NCBI GenBank assembly: GCA_965219455.1
Contig: OZ244744.1
Span: forward strand, 4,288,001-4,352,000
From: Candidatus Latescibacterota bacterium
GTDB taxonomy: Bacteria > Latescibacterota > UBA2968 > GCA-2709665
Direction of reading: 5' to 3'
Length of the DNA stretch: 64,000 bases
Every line of letters begins with the position of its first letter. Position 1 is the stretch's first letter. Made by a program: the position numbers and the translations under genes. The notes under the pieces are model-generated. The model had not been told where the DNA came from. It did not search any database and was given only the letters and a program-made list of their open reading frames with translations. Positions 49,035-57,793 of this stretch are shown piece after piece.

Positions 49035-49333
49035 GTCATTCTGAGCGAGTCGAAGATTCTCCCGCCGGTTCGGCTGAACGTGGTGTCGTGCTGTGCGGCA
49101 GGCGGCGTTGTGGTTCGGACACTCTCACATCATCAGATGCCGCAGTAGACGCTTCGTCAGCCTGGGGGCTTCCTCAGCATGACATTGGGAAGCAACGTGC
49201 TCGACTATCGGCCTTCCTGTCATTCTGAGCGGAGTCGAAGAATCTCCCGTCTATTCGATTGTCCTTAAGGCAGAAACGCAGTAAACACATTTGCGCGGAG
49301 ACATCGTCGGCCATTTGGCTTCCTCAGCATGAC
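49035..49333. repeat. Two tandem GTCAT...ATGAC palindromic REP-like elements (CGTC/GTCA-tagged type)
   Basis: Copy A 49035-49183 and copy B 49219-49333, each GTCATTCTGAGCG(G)AGTCGAAGA(A/T)TCTCCCG...GGCTTCCTCAGCATGAC with complementary ends. Confidence 0.8.
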
Positions 49334-49413
49334 AGTGGCGACGTCTACCGATGAGACGATCCGCGAGTTGAGATCGGGCAAGTTGCATGGGATCGTGAGA
49401 ACAGGAGGCAGGT

Positions 49414-50748
49414 ATGGGCGGGCGTGTCGCCCCTTTTGATCGGGACGAACTGGTTGAGAGGTTCGCCGGTTATGACCGGTCGCACAATCAGGGCAAGGGA
49501 AGTTCCGACGAACCGGACTCCGGGGATCTGGGGTGGGGCGAGAGTGAGTTTCTCGACGCATACGTGAAGCTTTACGAAGCAACCGCTGATCCGGCGTGGT
49601 TGGACAAGATGGTGGACCATTTCGATCGGATGATGGGTACCCGGCAGGACCACTTTGCCGATAGTTACGCCACCTGGGTCACGCCGGTGTATTCGGTGGC
49701 GCTGGTGAGAACAGGGTCGATGCACAACCGGGGTACGGCCCGGATGTCACCCGTGGAGGATCGGGTGTGGGTGATCCGTGGCGGTGATATGGCAGGAGAT
49801 TCCATCCGCGTCGTGGAGATTCTGCCCGGACGTCGGTACGCCGTCCAGGAGTACGGCACGCGGAAGGTATTGGCCGGGGGCCGGTTTCGGCCCGGCGCGA
49901 CGCTGAACGGTTTTGCGCCGTTCAAGATAAGCATCGAGGGGACGGCCCGCGCCGGGGATCGGTTCTGGGTGCAGGTCTTCGCCGGTGAGCCGCTGGAGTA
50001 TATCGTCCACCAGGGGATGTTCCTGCATCCGGTGAGCCGCTTTATCGAGCACGCCTTCCAGAATGCGGAGTTGAAGGTGAAATTCGGGGACAAAGCCCGA
50101 ACCTATCTCCGATTTATCGGAAGGCAGATCGCCGATAAGCACGAGCGTGACTGGGTGGACTCATCCCCCACGTCCGGTGGATATCGGTTTTCTCCGTGGA
50201 TGACGGAGCGGTTTCCGAACCGGATCATGCCGCACAATCAGTATCTCGCGCTGGCCCGGGCGTATCTCGCGCTGCAGAGCGTATCGCGGAAGCGGCTGTT
50301 CGCGGATCGGGCTCAGCGCATGGCGAAGAATTTCAAAAGGCACCTGTGGAAAACCGGTCGGGCGTATACCTGGTACTATTGGGACTGGATCGAGGCCGGC
50401 GTACACGGACACAGCTCCATTGAAGATACCAGTCACGGGCGGATCGATATCGGATTTGCAATTGACGCCCGCCGGCGCGGCGTGGTATTCAACAACGCCG
50501 ATATGAAGCGGTTCGCGCACACCCTGCTGGATCAGATGTGGAACGGGTCGCTGGATGATCCGGTGATCGGCGGCCGCGTGGATTGGCAGGAAGGGGATAG
50601 TACGCCGTGCGCGGACTGGATCGATTTGTGTCAGTGGAATCCGCAGGTTTGGGACGTCCTGTGGGCCGTATTCTGCAAAGCCGGACAACCCGTACAGATG
50701 ATTCCATCCATTCTCCAGGGATGGAGGAGGCTGGGGGAAAGCAGTTAG
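49414..50748 (+). CDS. Hypothetical protein, possible (alpha/alpha)-barrel carbohydrate-active enzyme
   Basis: RBS GGAGG; LGWGES..L.AY..LY.AT.D..WL....HFD; PHNQ..A; W.YW...EDTSHG..D; no signal peptide. Confidence 0.6.
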   Translation: MGGRVAPFDRDELVERFAGYDRSHNQGKGSSDEPDSGDLGWGESEFLDAYVKLYEATADPAWLDKMVDHFDRMMGTRQDHFADSYATWVTPVYSVALVRTGSMHNRGTARMSPVEDRVWVIRGGDMAGDSIRVVEILPGRRYAVQEYGTRKVLAGGRFRPGATLNGFAPFKISIEGTARAGDRFWVQVFAGEPLEYIVHQGMFLHPVSRFIEHAFQNAELKVKFGDKARTYLRFIGRQIADKHERDWVDSSPTSGGYRFSPWMTERFPNRIMPHNQYLALARAYLALQSVSRKRLFADRAQRMAKNFKRHLWKTGRAYTWYYWDWIEAGVHGHSSIEDTSHGRIDIGFAIDARRRGVVFNNADMKRFAHTLLDQMWNGSLDDPVIGGRVDWQEGDSTPCADWIDLCQWNPQVWDVLWAVFCKAGQPVQMIPSILQGWRRLGESS

Positions 50749-50774
50749 ACGGAAGACGGGAGACGTGAGAAGCA
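50747..50774. repeat. Heptamer tandem repeat (AGACGNN)
   Basis: AGACGGA AGACGGG AGACGTG AGAAGCA. Confidence 0.6.
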
Positions 50775-50788
50775 ACGGCCCACGGACA

Positions 50789-50815
50789 GTAGCGCAAATT
50801 GGCAGTTTGCGCTAC
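50789..50815. repeat. GTAG-type palindromic REP
   Basis: GTAGCGCAAA-TTGGCAG-TTTGCGCTAC perfect 10-bp inverted repeat. Confidence 0.7.
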
Positions 50816-50856
50816 CTGGTCAAGCACCTTCACCCTGCAATCACTCCCCCGGCCTT

Positions 50857-50881
50857 GTAGGGGCGTCCCTTGTGGGCGCCC
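50857..50881. repeat. GTAG-type REP (RAYT-associated family)
   Basis: GTAGGGGCGTCCCTTGTGGGCGCCC: GTAG foot plus GC hairpin. Confidence 0.75.
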
Positions 50882-51065
50882 GGCCTCCCGTGTGGCCGTT
50901 TGGGCGGTCTTCGTAGCTTAATTGCCTCCCTGCGACATTTGCTTGCTTTCTGTAAACGCGGGTATCTTGCACGCTTGGATTGCATCGGATTTTTGAGGAA
51001 TCGAGGCCAATTGTGTGCATGAAGTAGCACATTCAAAATGAACATTGGGAATAAGGAGATCTGAT

Positions 51066-51704
51066 ATGATGAGAGTGGTGTCTGTTTTTATTGCAGGACA
51101 GTTGTTTATCGGCGGATGGGCGGGCGACGCGGGAGCGCAGCAGAAGCCGGTTTATTTCGTTACCGCGGGGATCGTTGCGCCAGCATCCATTTCCCTTTCG
51201 GAATTCTGGTATCCCGGTATCGGCGTGGGCGGAGGGGCGGAGTATATCATTCGTCCGAGTCTGGCTGTTCAGGGCCGGTTCAGTTACGCCCGTTTCGGAT
51301 TCAATGAGGGCAAATTCAAGGCGGAAAATGACGCTCTCGGGGTGGTTACCGGCACAAATGGCGGGAGCAAGAACCTTTTTAGCGCATTCGCCAGCCTGAA
51401 GTACACGAAATCGATCGATTCGGAAGATCTGGATGTAAGGGCGGTGCCCTACGCGGTTGCGGGCCTGGGAATCTTGTCCTATTCCGAAGCCGATATCGAG
51501 GTGGTTGAGATTGGCAACGAAATTTTTCATGTTAACGGGCAATCCGAAACCGGGTTTGCTGTAAACGCGGGCGCAGGGATCGACATCCGCCTGACTGACC
51601 GGGCGCATCTCTTTGTCGAAGGGCGGCTGGAGGTCGGATTCACATCAGGAGAGCGGGGAAGCACGCAACTTTTCCCCGTTCGAGTCGGGATATCTTTCGA
51701 GTAA
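51066..51704 (+). CDS. Outer-membrane beta-barrel protein (OmpA-like membrane domain)
   Basis: RBS AAGGAG; signal peptide ...AGA-Q; PYAVAGLG, NAGAGIDI, FVEGR, C-terminal VGISFE. Confidence 0.82.
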   Translation: MMRVVSVFIAGQLFIGGWAGDAGAQQKPVYFVTAGIVAPASISLSEFWYPGIGVGGGAEYIIRPSLAVQGRFSYARFGFNEGKFKAENDALGVVTGTNGGSKNLFSAFASLKYTKSIDSEDLDVRAVPYAVAGLGILSYSEADIEVVEIGNEIFHVNGQSETGFAVNAGAGIDIRLTDRAHLFVEGRLEVGFTSGERGSTQLFPVRVGISFE

Positions 51705-51712
51705 CGTCACGC

Positions 51713-51790
51713 AATCACCGTAATCACGTGAATCACAGTCCAGGTGTGGTTGGGTTGCCCGCCTTGCGCCTTAATCACAGTCCGGTGTGG
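51713..51790. repeat. 9-mer AATCAC tandem repeat with local direct duplication
   Basis: AATCACCGT AATCACGTG AATCACAGT; AATCACAGTCC(A)GGTGTGG repeated at 51731 and 51773. Confidence 0.6.
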
Positions 51791-51895
51791 GGGGGCAGGG
51801 TTGATGATACACGACCGGCACCCACCTCGGCGGCCTGCCGGAATAGAAACGTGGAGTACGTCTTGAAACGGCCGGAAGGAACGAAAAAGACCGGA

Positions 51896-52517
51896 TGGCC
51901 CGTGGACGTGTTGGCCCTGCTGGCGTTGCTGGCGGGGCTTGCCTATGTGTTGGGTTTCTGGCATACGCAGCAGGTCCTCATTATGGGCAGGCTGCCGCTG
52001 TCCCTGTTTTATGCTCTGCTGCCATTGCCTTTTTATTTCTTGGAGGGGCTTTCGGAAAAATTCGAACCGACTGGCTCAGGCCATCGGCGGCGGCGTGTTG
52101 CTTCGGAACCGGACCTGTAACCAGATTCTTCTGGCGGACGAACACGCGGTGGAAGACCTGGGGACGTCGCCGCAGGTGAAGGTCCTGGCTCATCGGGTGT
52201 GGAACCAGCGGGTCGAGTTGGTCGTGCACGCCAGCGCGGCCTGTTTTGCGCGGCTGGCATACACGGTCTATCCTCACCAGAGGGTTAGCGTGAATGGACG
52301 CGATGGCCGACCGTACACGACAGCCGGTCATTTTGTGGCGCTGAAGCTCGGTCCCGGTGAGAGCCGGATCGTACTGGAGCCGGCGCTTTCGCCGCCGCGG
52401 TTCTACCTGCTGATCGCCAATGTCGTATTGCTGCTGGCCGCGGCGGCGGTATTGGTCGGGCCCCGGATCGGGCGCCGGACTTCCCGGAGCGCCGCGGTTG
52501 GATCCGAGGGCGAATGA
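51896..52517 (+). pseudogene. Deleted/frameshifted remnant of a PTPS-related/YfhO-like GT-C membrane protein
   Basis: One frame gives WHTQQVLIMGRLPLSLFYALLPLPFY (TM core); another gives YP...VNG...LKLGPGESRIVL...R plus a TM helix (YfhO-like C-terminus); no good start. Confidence 0.55.
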
Positions 52518-52554
52518 GTCGGACCGTGGGCTCCCGTATTTGGGATGAACGGTT

Positions 52555-54741
52555 ATGCGACGCAAAGAAGATCTAACGGTCTCCAGTAAGCCGATCATTG
52601 TGGCAGGGTTCTTTCTCGGCCTGCATGTTCTGTTCGCTTACTGGCAGCCCGTGTCTGTCTGGGGTGCGGATTTCTTGCGGTTCCATGACGTCGGGCTGCG
52701 GGTGGTATTCGTTCTTTTGAGCGTGGCTTTGCTTTTTTTGGCCGCTCGGCAGCGCATGGGGCGGTGGACGTCGGGGTTGGCCGTGTTATGCGACCGAGGA
52801 GGTCTCTTCCGGCGATCCGTTATTTCATGGTTTTTGCTTCTGTTCGGCGGCCTCGTGGTCTTCTGGGGCATGCGTTCGGCTGTGCATCTGCTCGGCGACG
52901 GGATCATGCTGATGCGTGAATTGGATGATTTCTGGTCCGAAATTCCCAGGTCGGATCGCGCGCCGCTGACGTTCTGGATCATTCGGGGGTTCCATCGGGC
53001 GGGAGCGGCGGTCTGGGATTCCGCCGAGACCACGTATCGGATATACAGTTGCGTGTCCGGAATCCTGTATCTGGTTGTTGTCACGTATGCCGCTCGGTTC
53101 CTGGGAAAAGACGCCCTGGAGCGTTTCCTGATTCTGGCGATGTTGCTAGGGACCGGGTTCATGCAGCTTTTTTTCGCGTATGTCGAAAATTACCCGTTAC
53201 TGTTCCCGATTATGCTGCTTTACCTGCTCCTGGGTATACGGACGCTCGAGGGCAGGGCGCCGCTGTGGGCGCCCGCGGCGTTGCTTGGCGCAATGATGGC
53301 GCTCCACATTACGATGATGACGCTTGCGCCTTCCCTGGTGGCGCTGGCGATACTCAAAGGCCGGGCGGAGGTTATCTCCGGATCAGCGACGCACGGCCGG
53401 TCGGCCGCGAGAGCGGCGCTCGCTATGCTGGTAAGCGGGGTCGTTTTTCTCGGCGCACTCATGCTGATTCAATTTGACCTGGTCGCGTATCTGCAAAAAC
53501 GACAGGGATTTTATATCCTTAATCTGTTTGCCGACCCCGGCCCGAAACAGCACTATAGTTTGTTTTCAGTTGGCAAGCTGGTGGATTTCGCGAATCAATA
53601 TGTCCTCGTTGCGCCGTCTTCGCTGATGGTGCTGTTTCTTTGCCGGAGGGGGCGCTGGCTGAGCGGATCCGACCGACAGTTTGTTCTGGTTGCCGCGCTG
53701 TTTCCGATTCTGTTTACCGTTGTCGCCAACCCTGAACTTGGCGCTTTCAGGGATTGGGACGTGTTCGCTTTCGCCGCGTTGCCTCTTACGCTCTGGGCGG
53801 CGCTTACGGTAGTCCGCGAGCTTCGCGACCGGCTTATTTCGGGGAATACCGCCGGTTTGATTTGCGCGGCCGCGGCCCTGCACACGCTGTTCTGGATCGG
53901 CATCAACGCGGACGTCTCGTCCGCCGAAGCGCGGTTTACGAGCCACCTGGAAGGGAGATATCTGTCGGCGCACGCCCGGTCGCACGGATGGGAGACGCTT
54001 GCGGTCTACCACAGGGATCACGGCAGGAGCGTCCAGGCGATCCGGGCATACGAAAAGGTTGTTGAAGTCGATCCGGAGTTTGCGGGCGGTCTTTACAATC
54101 TTGGCAATCTGAACTATGACATGAAGCGGTATGATCGAGCGGTGGTATACTTTCAGAAGGTGATTGCCCTGAAGCCGGATTTTGCGGAAGCCTATTTCAA
54201 TCTTGGCAATTTATATTACGATACCGGGAAGTACGAATTTGCAATGTCGAATTTTGAGAGGGTGATTGCGCTGAAGCCGGATTTCGCGGAAGCCCACTTC
54301 CAGATGGGCAACGCCTGCTACGGCCTGAGACAATACGATCGGGCGGCGGTGCATTTTGAAACGGCGATCGGATTGAAGCCGCAGTTCGTGGCGGCCTATT
54401 ACAATGTCGGCGATCTGCATTATAGAACAGGACGTTTCGACTCTGCCGTCAGAGCCTATCGGAAAGCCATTGCATTGAAACCGGGTTATGCCAGGGCGCA
54501 TTCGAATCTTGGAAACGCGTACCACGGCCTGGGAAACTATGAACAGGCCATTTCCGCCTATGAGAAAGCCGTGGCCCTGGATCCCGGCTACGCGGAGGCG
54601 TATTACAACCTGGGTGTTGTCTATCACACGTTGGGGGACGTCCGGAAAACCCGAACCTACTTCAGAAGAGTACTGGACCTGGCGCCCCGGCATCCACAGG
54701 CGCCGGCGTTGAGATCCTGGTTGGCCCTGAATCCGGGGTGA
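52555..54741 (+). CDS. Polytopic membrane protein with C-terminal TPR array (GT-C-like)
   Basis: About 12 TM segments with LLGDG, FFAYVENY, RDWDVF motifs, then about 7 regular TPRs (AYFNLGNLY...). Confidence 0.8.
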   Translation: MRRKEDLTVSSKPIIVAGFFLGLHVLFAYWQPVSVWGADFLRFHDVGLRVVFVLLSVALLFLAARQRMGRWTSGLAVLCDRGGLFRRSVISWFLLLFGGLVVFWGMRSAVHLLGDGIMLMRELDDFWSEIPRSDRAPLTFWIIRGFHRAGAAVWDSAETTYRIYSCVSGILYLVVVTYAARFLGKDALERFLILAMLLGTGFMQLFFAYVENYPLLFPIMLLYLLLGIRTLEGRAPLWAPAALLGAMMALHITMMTLAPSLVALAILKGRAEVISGSATHGRSAARAALAMLVSGVVFLGALMLIQFDLVAYLQKRQGFYILNLFADPGPKQHYSLFSVGKLVDFANQYVLVAPSSLMVLFLCRRGRWLSGSDRQFVLVAALFPILFTVVANPELGAFRDWDVFAFAALPLTLWAALTVVRELRDRLISGNTAGLICAAAALHTLFWIGINADVSSAEARFTSHLEGRYLSAHARSHGWETLAVYHRDHGRSVQAIRAYEKVVEVDPEFAGGLYNLGNLNYDMKRYDRAVVYFQKVIALKPDFAEAYFNLGNLYYDTGKYEFAMSNFERVIALKPDFAEAHFQMGNACYGLRQYDRAAVHFETAIGLKPQFVAAYYNVGDLHYRTGRFDSAVRAYRKAIALKPGYARAHSNLGNAYHGLGNYEQAISAYEKAVALDPGYAEAYYNLGVVYHTLGDVRKTRTYFRRVLDLAPRHPQAPALRSWLALNPG

Positions 54742-54847
54742 GGCCACCCGCTGTAGCACTGACGTCCTGCTCGCCGAACCTTAAGATTCATGTCGCTCAA
54801 CCGCAATTCCACGTCTCAGTGTTGCTGGCCGCCTCACGGTTTTGTAT

Positions 54848-54876
54848 TTGACAGAGGCGGTTTTGTTTTGTACGGT
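54848..54876 (+). promoter_or_regulatory. Sigma70-type promoter for the PhyH gene
   Basis: TTGACA-17 bp-TACGGT. Confidence 0.45.
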
Positions 54877-54917
54877 TTTGTTGATGCGATCGGCATGGCT
54901 ATTTCAATAGGGTAAAG

Positions 54918-55721
54918 ATGAAACCTGATGCACAAAAAACTCGATTCGAGGAAGATGGCTATCTCGTGGTGAGGGCGTTGCTTTCGCCCAACGAGGTGGA
55001 GGCTTGCGAGACCGAAATCGAGCGGTTGCACCGGCTGGCGGTTGAACTGGATGCCCGAGGCGATGCCGCGGCAGGCCGCTTTCAACTCGAGCCCTTTGCA
55101 AAAAACGCGACCCGCAAGGGCTTGCCGGTTTTACGCAAAATCGAGCAAACGCGAGACTTTTCCGAGGTCTTCAGGAATCTGGCGGCGCATCCCGGGCTCA
55201 TTCGGCTCGTCCGGTCTCTTCTTGGCCCGGATTTGCTTCTGTTTCGCAGCACGCTGATGTTGAAACCGGCCTACCACGGGTCGTCCCACGGGTTGCACCA
55301 GGATTCGGCGTACTGGCCGATGCAGCCCCCGGCGTTGGTAACCGTGAGCATCGCATTGACCGATTCCAGCCCGGAAAACGGGTGTATCCAGGTGCTGCCC
55401 CGAAGCCACAAAGGAGGGCTGCAATCCTGGGGGCATATTGCCCGCCGACAGGATGAGGCACTGGCGGACGGGGATGACGTGGATCTTTCGGGTAGAGTCG
55501 ACGTACCCCTGGCCGCGGGCGATGCCGTGTTGTTTCACTCATTGACGGTTCACGGGTCCGGCCCGAATCCTTCTCCTCGCCCTCGCCACACCGCACTCTA
55601 CGCCTATTTCCCGCCGTCGGTGCGGTATGTGCCGGGCGAAAAGGGTCCCTCCGAGATGGCGTTTCCGGTGGTCGCCGGTCTGGATGGAAGAGACGCGTTG
55701 ACGCTCACTGCGGATTCGTAA
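54918..55721 (+). CDS. Phytanoyl-CoA dioxygenase (PhyH) family protein
   Basis: FEEDGYLVV, LHQDSAYW, ENGCIQVLPRSH, FHSLTVHGSGPN...R. Confidence 0.92.
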   Translation: MKPDAQKTRFEEDGYLVVRALLSPNEVEACETEIERLHRLAVELDARGDAAAGRFQLEPFAKNATRKGLPVLRKIEQTRDFSEVFRNLAAHPGLIRLVRSLLGPDLLLFRSTLMLKPAYHGSSHGLHQDSAYWPMQPPALVTVSIALTDSSPENGCIQVLPRSHKGGLQSWGHIARRQDEALADGDDVDLSGRVDVPLAAGDAVLFHSLTVHGSGPNPSPRPRHTALYAYFPPSVRYVPGEKGPSEMAFPVVAGLDGRDALTLTADS

Positions 55722-55821
55722 TTTTCGAAGGTTTACGAATTTGAATTCGAAAAGATCCTGTGGTCGTTGTTCTTCTGGATAGATACATCTCCTACAATAT
55801 GGTGGTGTAGAAGAGGAGATT

Positions 55822-56721
55822 ATGGCCTTCGTTGTAAGAGAAACACTTTCTAGTTACTTGCCAGACATCAAACTTACCGAGTCGATGGTCCTTCTCGGAG
55901 ATGCTCACCATGTCCTCTCACGACTGCCGCGTGAGTCATTTCAATGCGTGGTAACCTCGCCCCCGTACTGGGGACTCCGGGATTACGACATTGAAGACCA
56001 AATTGGTTTGGAGCCGACGCTGCCCCAGTTTATCAACCGACTGATTGCGGTTTTTCAGGAAGTCAAGCGTGTCTTGAAGCGAGACGGGACGTTTTGGCTG
56101 AATATAGGTGACGGTTACACGAGTGGCAACAGGACCTGGCGGGCTCCTGACAAGAAAAACCCGGCTCGAGCAATGTCCGTACGACCTGAGACGCCGGAAG
56201 GTCTCAAACCAAAGGATCTGATTGGCGTTCCTTGGCGTCTGGCGTTGGCGTTACAGCAGGACGGATGGTACCTCCGAAGTGACATCGTCTGGCGTAAACC
56301 AAACGCAATGCCTGAAAGCGTCAAGGACCGCCCAACGCGGGCGCACGAGTATATTTTCCTCTTTACGAGGAACGAGCGTTACTACTACGACAACGAGGCC
56401 ATCAAGGAGCCTAGTGGCAACGGCACAGGCAAGCGTAACCGGCGATCCGTCTGGGACATAAATACGGAGCCCTGTAAGGATGCCCACTTTGCTACATTCC
56501 CTCCCAAACTCATCGAACCATGCATCCTCGCGGGAAGTAGGCCGGGGGACTATGTTCTCGACCCGTTTTTCGGTGCGGGTACCGTCGGTCTGGTTTGCCA
56601 AAGAAACCGACGAAAGTACGTTGGAATCGAACTTCATCCTGAATATGTGAAACTTGCAGTGAGCCGTCTGTCGAAGCACGAGCAGCAACTCGAACTGAAA
56701 CTGGATCTCAGCAATGTTTAA
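55822..56721 (+). CDS. Type II DNA methyltransferase, beta class N4-cytosine (M.Cfr9I/M.XcyI-like)
   Basis: TSPPYWGLRDY motif IV precedes VLDPFFGAGT motif I; HFATFP. Confidence 0.9.
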   Translation: MAFVVRETLSSYLPDIKLTESMVLLGDAHHVLSRLPRESFQCVVTSPPYWGLRDYDIEDQIGLEPTLPQFINRLIAVFQEVKRVLKRDGTFWLNIGDGYTSGNRTWRAPDKKNPARAMSVRPETPEGLKPKDLIGVPWRLALALQQDGWYLRSDIVWRKPNAMPESVKDRPTRAHEYIFLFTRNERYYYDNEAIKEPSGNGTGKRNRRSVWDINTEPCKDAHFATFPPKLIEPCILAGSRPGDYVLDPFFGAGTVGLVCQRNRRKYVGIELHPEYVKLAVSRLSKHEQQLELKLDLSNV

Positions 56722-57679
56722 CCTTTCCGTACCCGAAATGCAGATTGACTTCTCCAGGTCACTCAAAGAGATAAGGACCGAATTTCTGCAGCAAGGGCTT
56801 CAGAAAACCGTGCGAAATTCGTCCCTGTACGAGATAGATTTGCAGCTTCGCGAGTACGTAAGTGAAAATGATCTAAAGCTCCTTGCCTCACGTGGTTTAC
56901 GTGGCGAACTCCTTTTTGCAGTACCCTATCTCCTGTCTCAAAATCCGCGGCTGCTCGGCTATTACAGGTTGTTGCTAGGTTTTAGCCAGAAGGGGTTTTA
57001 TGGTCACGACGTTGGTGCAGGGGTCTTCAAGAGCATGGAGGAAAAGGGTAGTTTGTCAAAGCGACAGGAACAGTTGCTGCCCGCCCTCTGCAATTGCATG
57101 GTTCGCTGCGCTTCTCTGTTGTTGGCCGCGCTTGATAAAGAGGATATCGAAATGTCTTTCCTCGATGATCTAACGTTGCTGACGTTGGGACCACAACTTA
57201 GAGGTGGTGCAAACGTCAGGAAAGGAAGCGCTGGAATCGTTGTGGTTTTCGAAACCATCCGACGGATTGTCAACGATAGCATCGCGGAGCAGAGTAGCAG
57301 ACGAATCGAGATCGTCAATGCTGCCGGTCGGACTGTCGTGATTCAATTCGCACCGGATCCTGATATTGTCATTCTGGAGGAGATGGATCCTGACTCATAT
57401 CGGAACATCATTGCCATTGAGGTGAAATCCGGTACGGATTTTTCAAACATCCACAACAGAATTGGCGAAGCTGAGAAAAGTCACCAGAAGGCCAGACAGG
57501 TCGGATTCGTGGAGTGTTGGACGATCGTCAACGTCGATAGAATTGATTTAGGGATGGCGAAAAGGGAATCCCCGTCAACCAATCGCTTTTATCGGATCTC
57601 AGAACTAAAGAAAGGCACTGACGAGGAGTTTCTGGACTTTCGTTCTCGGATCATATCCTTGGTGGGCATTCCCGGCTAG
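56714..57679 (+). CDS. Type II restriction endonuclease, XcyI/Cfr9I/XmaI family (predicted CCCGGG)
   Basis: Overlaps the MTase stop; GYYRLLLGFSQK, DPDI...AIEVKSGTD.SNIHNRIGEAEKSHQKA PD-(D/E)xK motif. Confidence 0.8.
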   Translation: MFNLSVPEMQIDFSRSLKEIRTEFLQQGLQKTVRNSSLYEIDLQLREYVSENDLKLLASRGLRGELLFAVPYLLSQNPRLLGYYRLLLGFSQKGFYGHDVGAGVFKSMEEKGSLSKRQEQLLPALCNCMVRCASLLLAALDKEDIEMSFLDDLTLLTLGPQLRGGANVRKGSAGIVVVFETIRRIVNDSIAEQSSRRIEIVNAAGRTVVIQFAPDPDIVILEEMDPDSYRNIIAIEVKSGTDFSNIHNRIGEAEKSHQKARQVGFVECWTIVNVDRIDLGMAKRESPSTNRFYRISELKKGTDEEFLDFRSRIISLVGIPG

Positions 57680-57793
57680 GGGTTTTACCGATTGACGTTT
57701 TTGACGTGGTGCTGCTGACGGCCTCACGCTTACGTCAACAGCCCGCCGTAACCGGGCCGGTATTGTCCGCCATATCGGAGTACAGGAGTTGCC

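Noticed and set aside
49035-49333. Possible CRISPR array
   Set aside because: Only two units, arms are inverted partners with long irregular interiors, no cas genes; fits a REP-like element
54085-54620. DNA-level repeats in the 52555 gene (GTGATTGCnCTGAAGCCGGATTT)
   Set aside because: Explained by tandem TPR coding units
55729-57695. Target-site duplication around the R-M pair (GGTTTACGAATT vs GGTTTTACCGATT)
   Set aside because: Similarity is too weak to distinguish from chance
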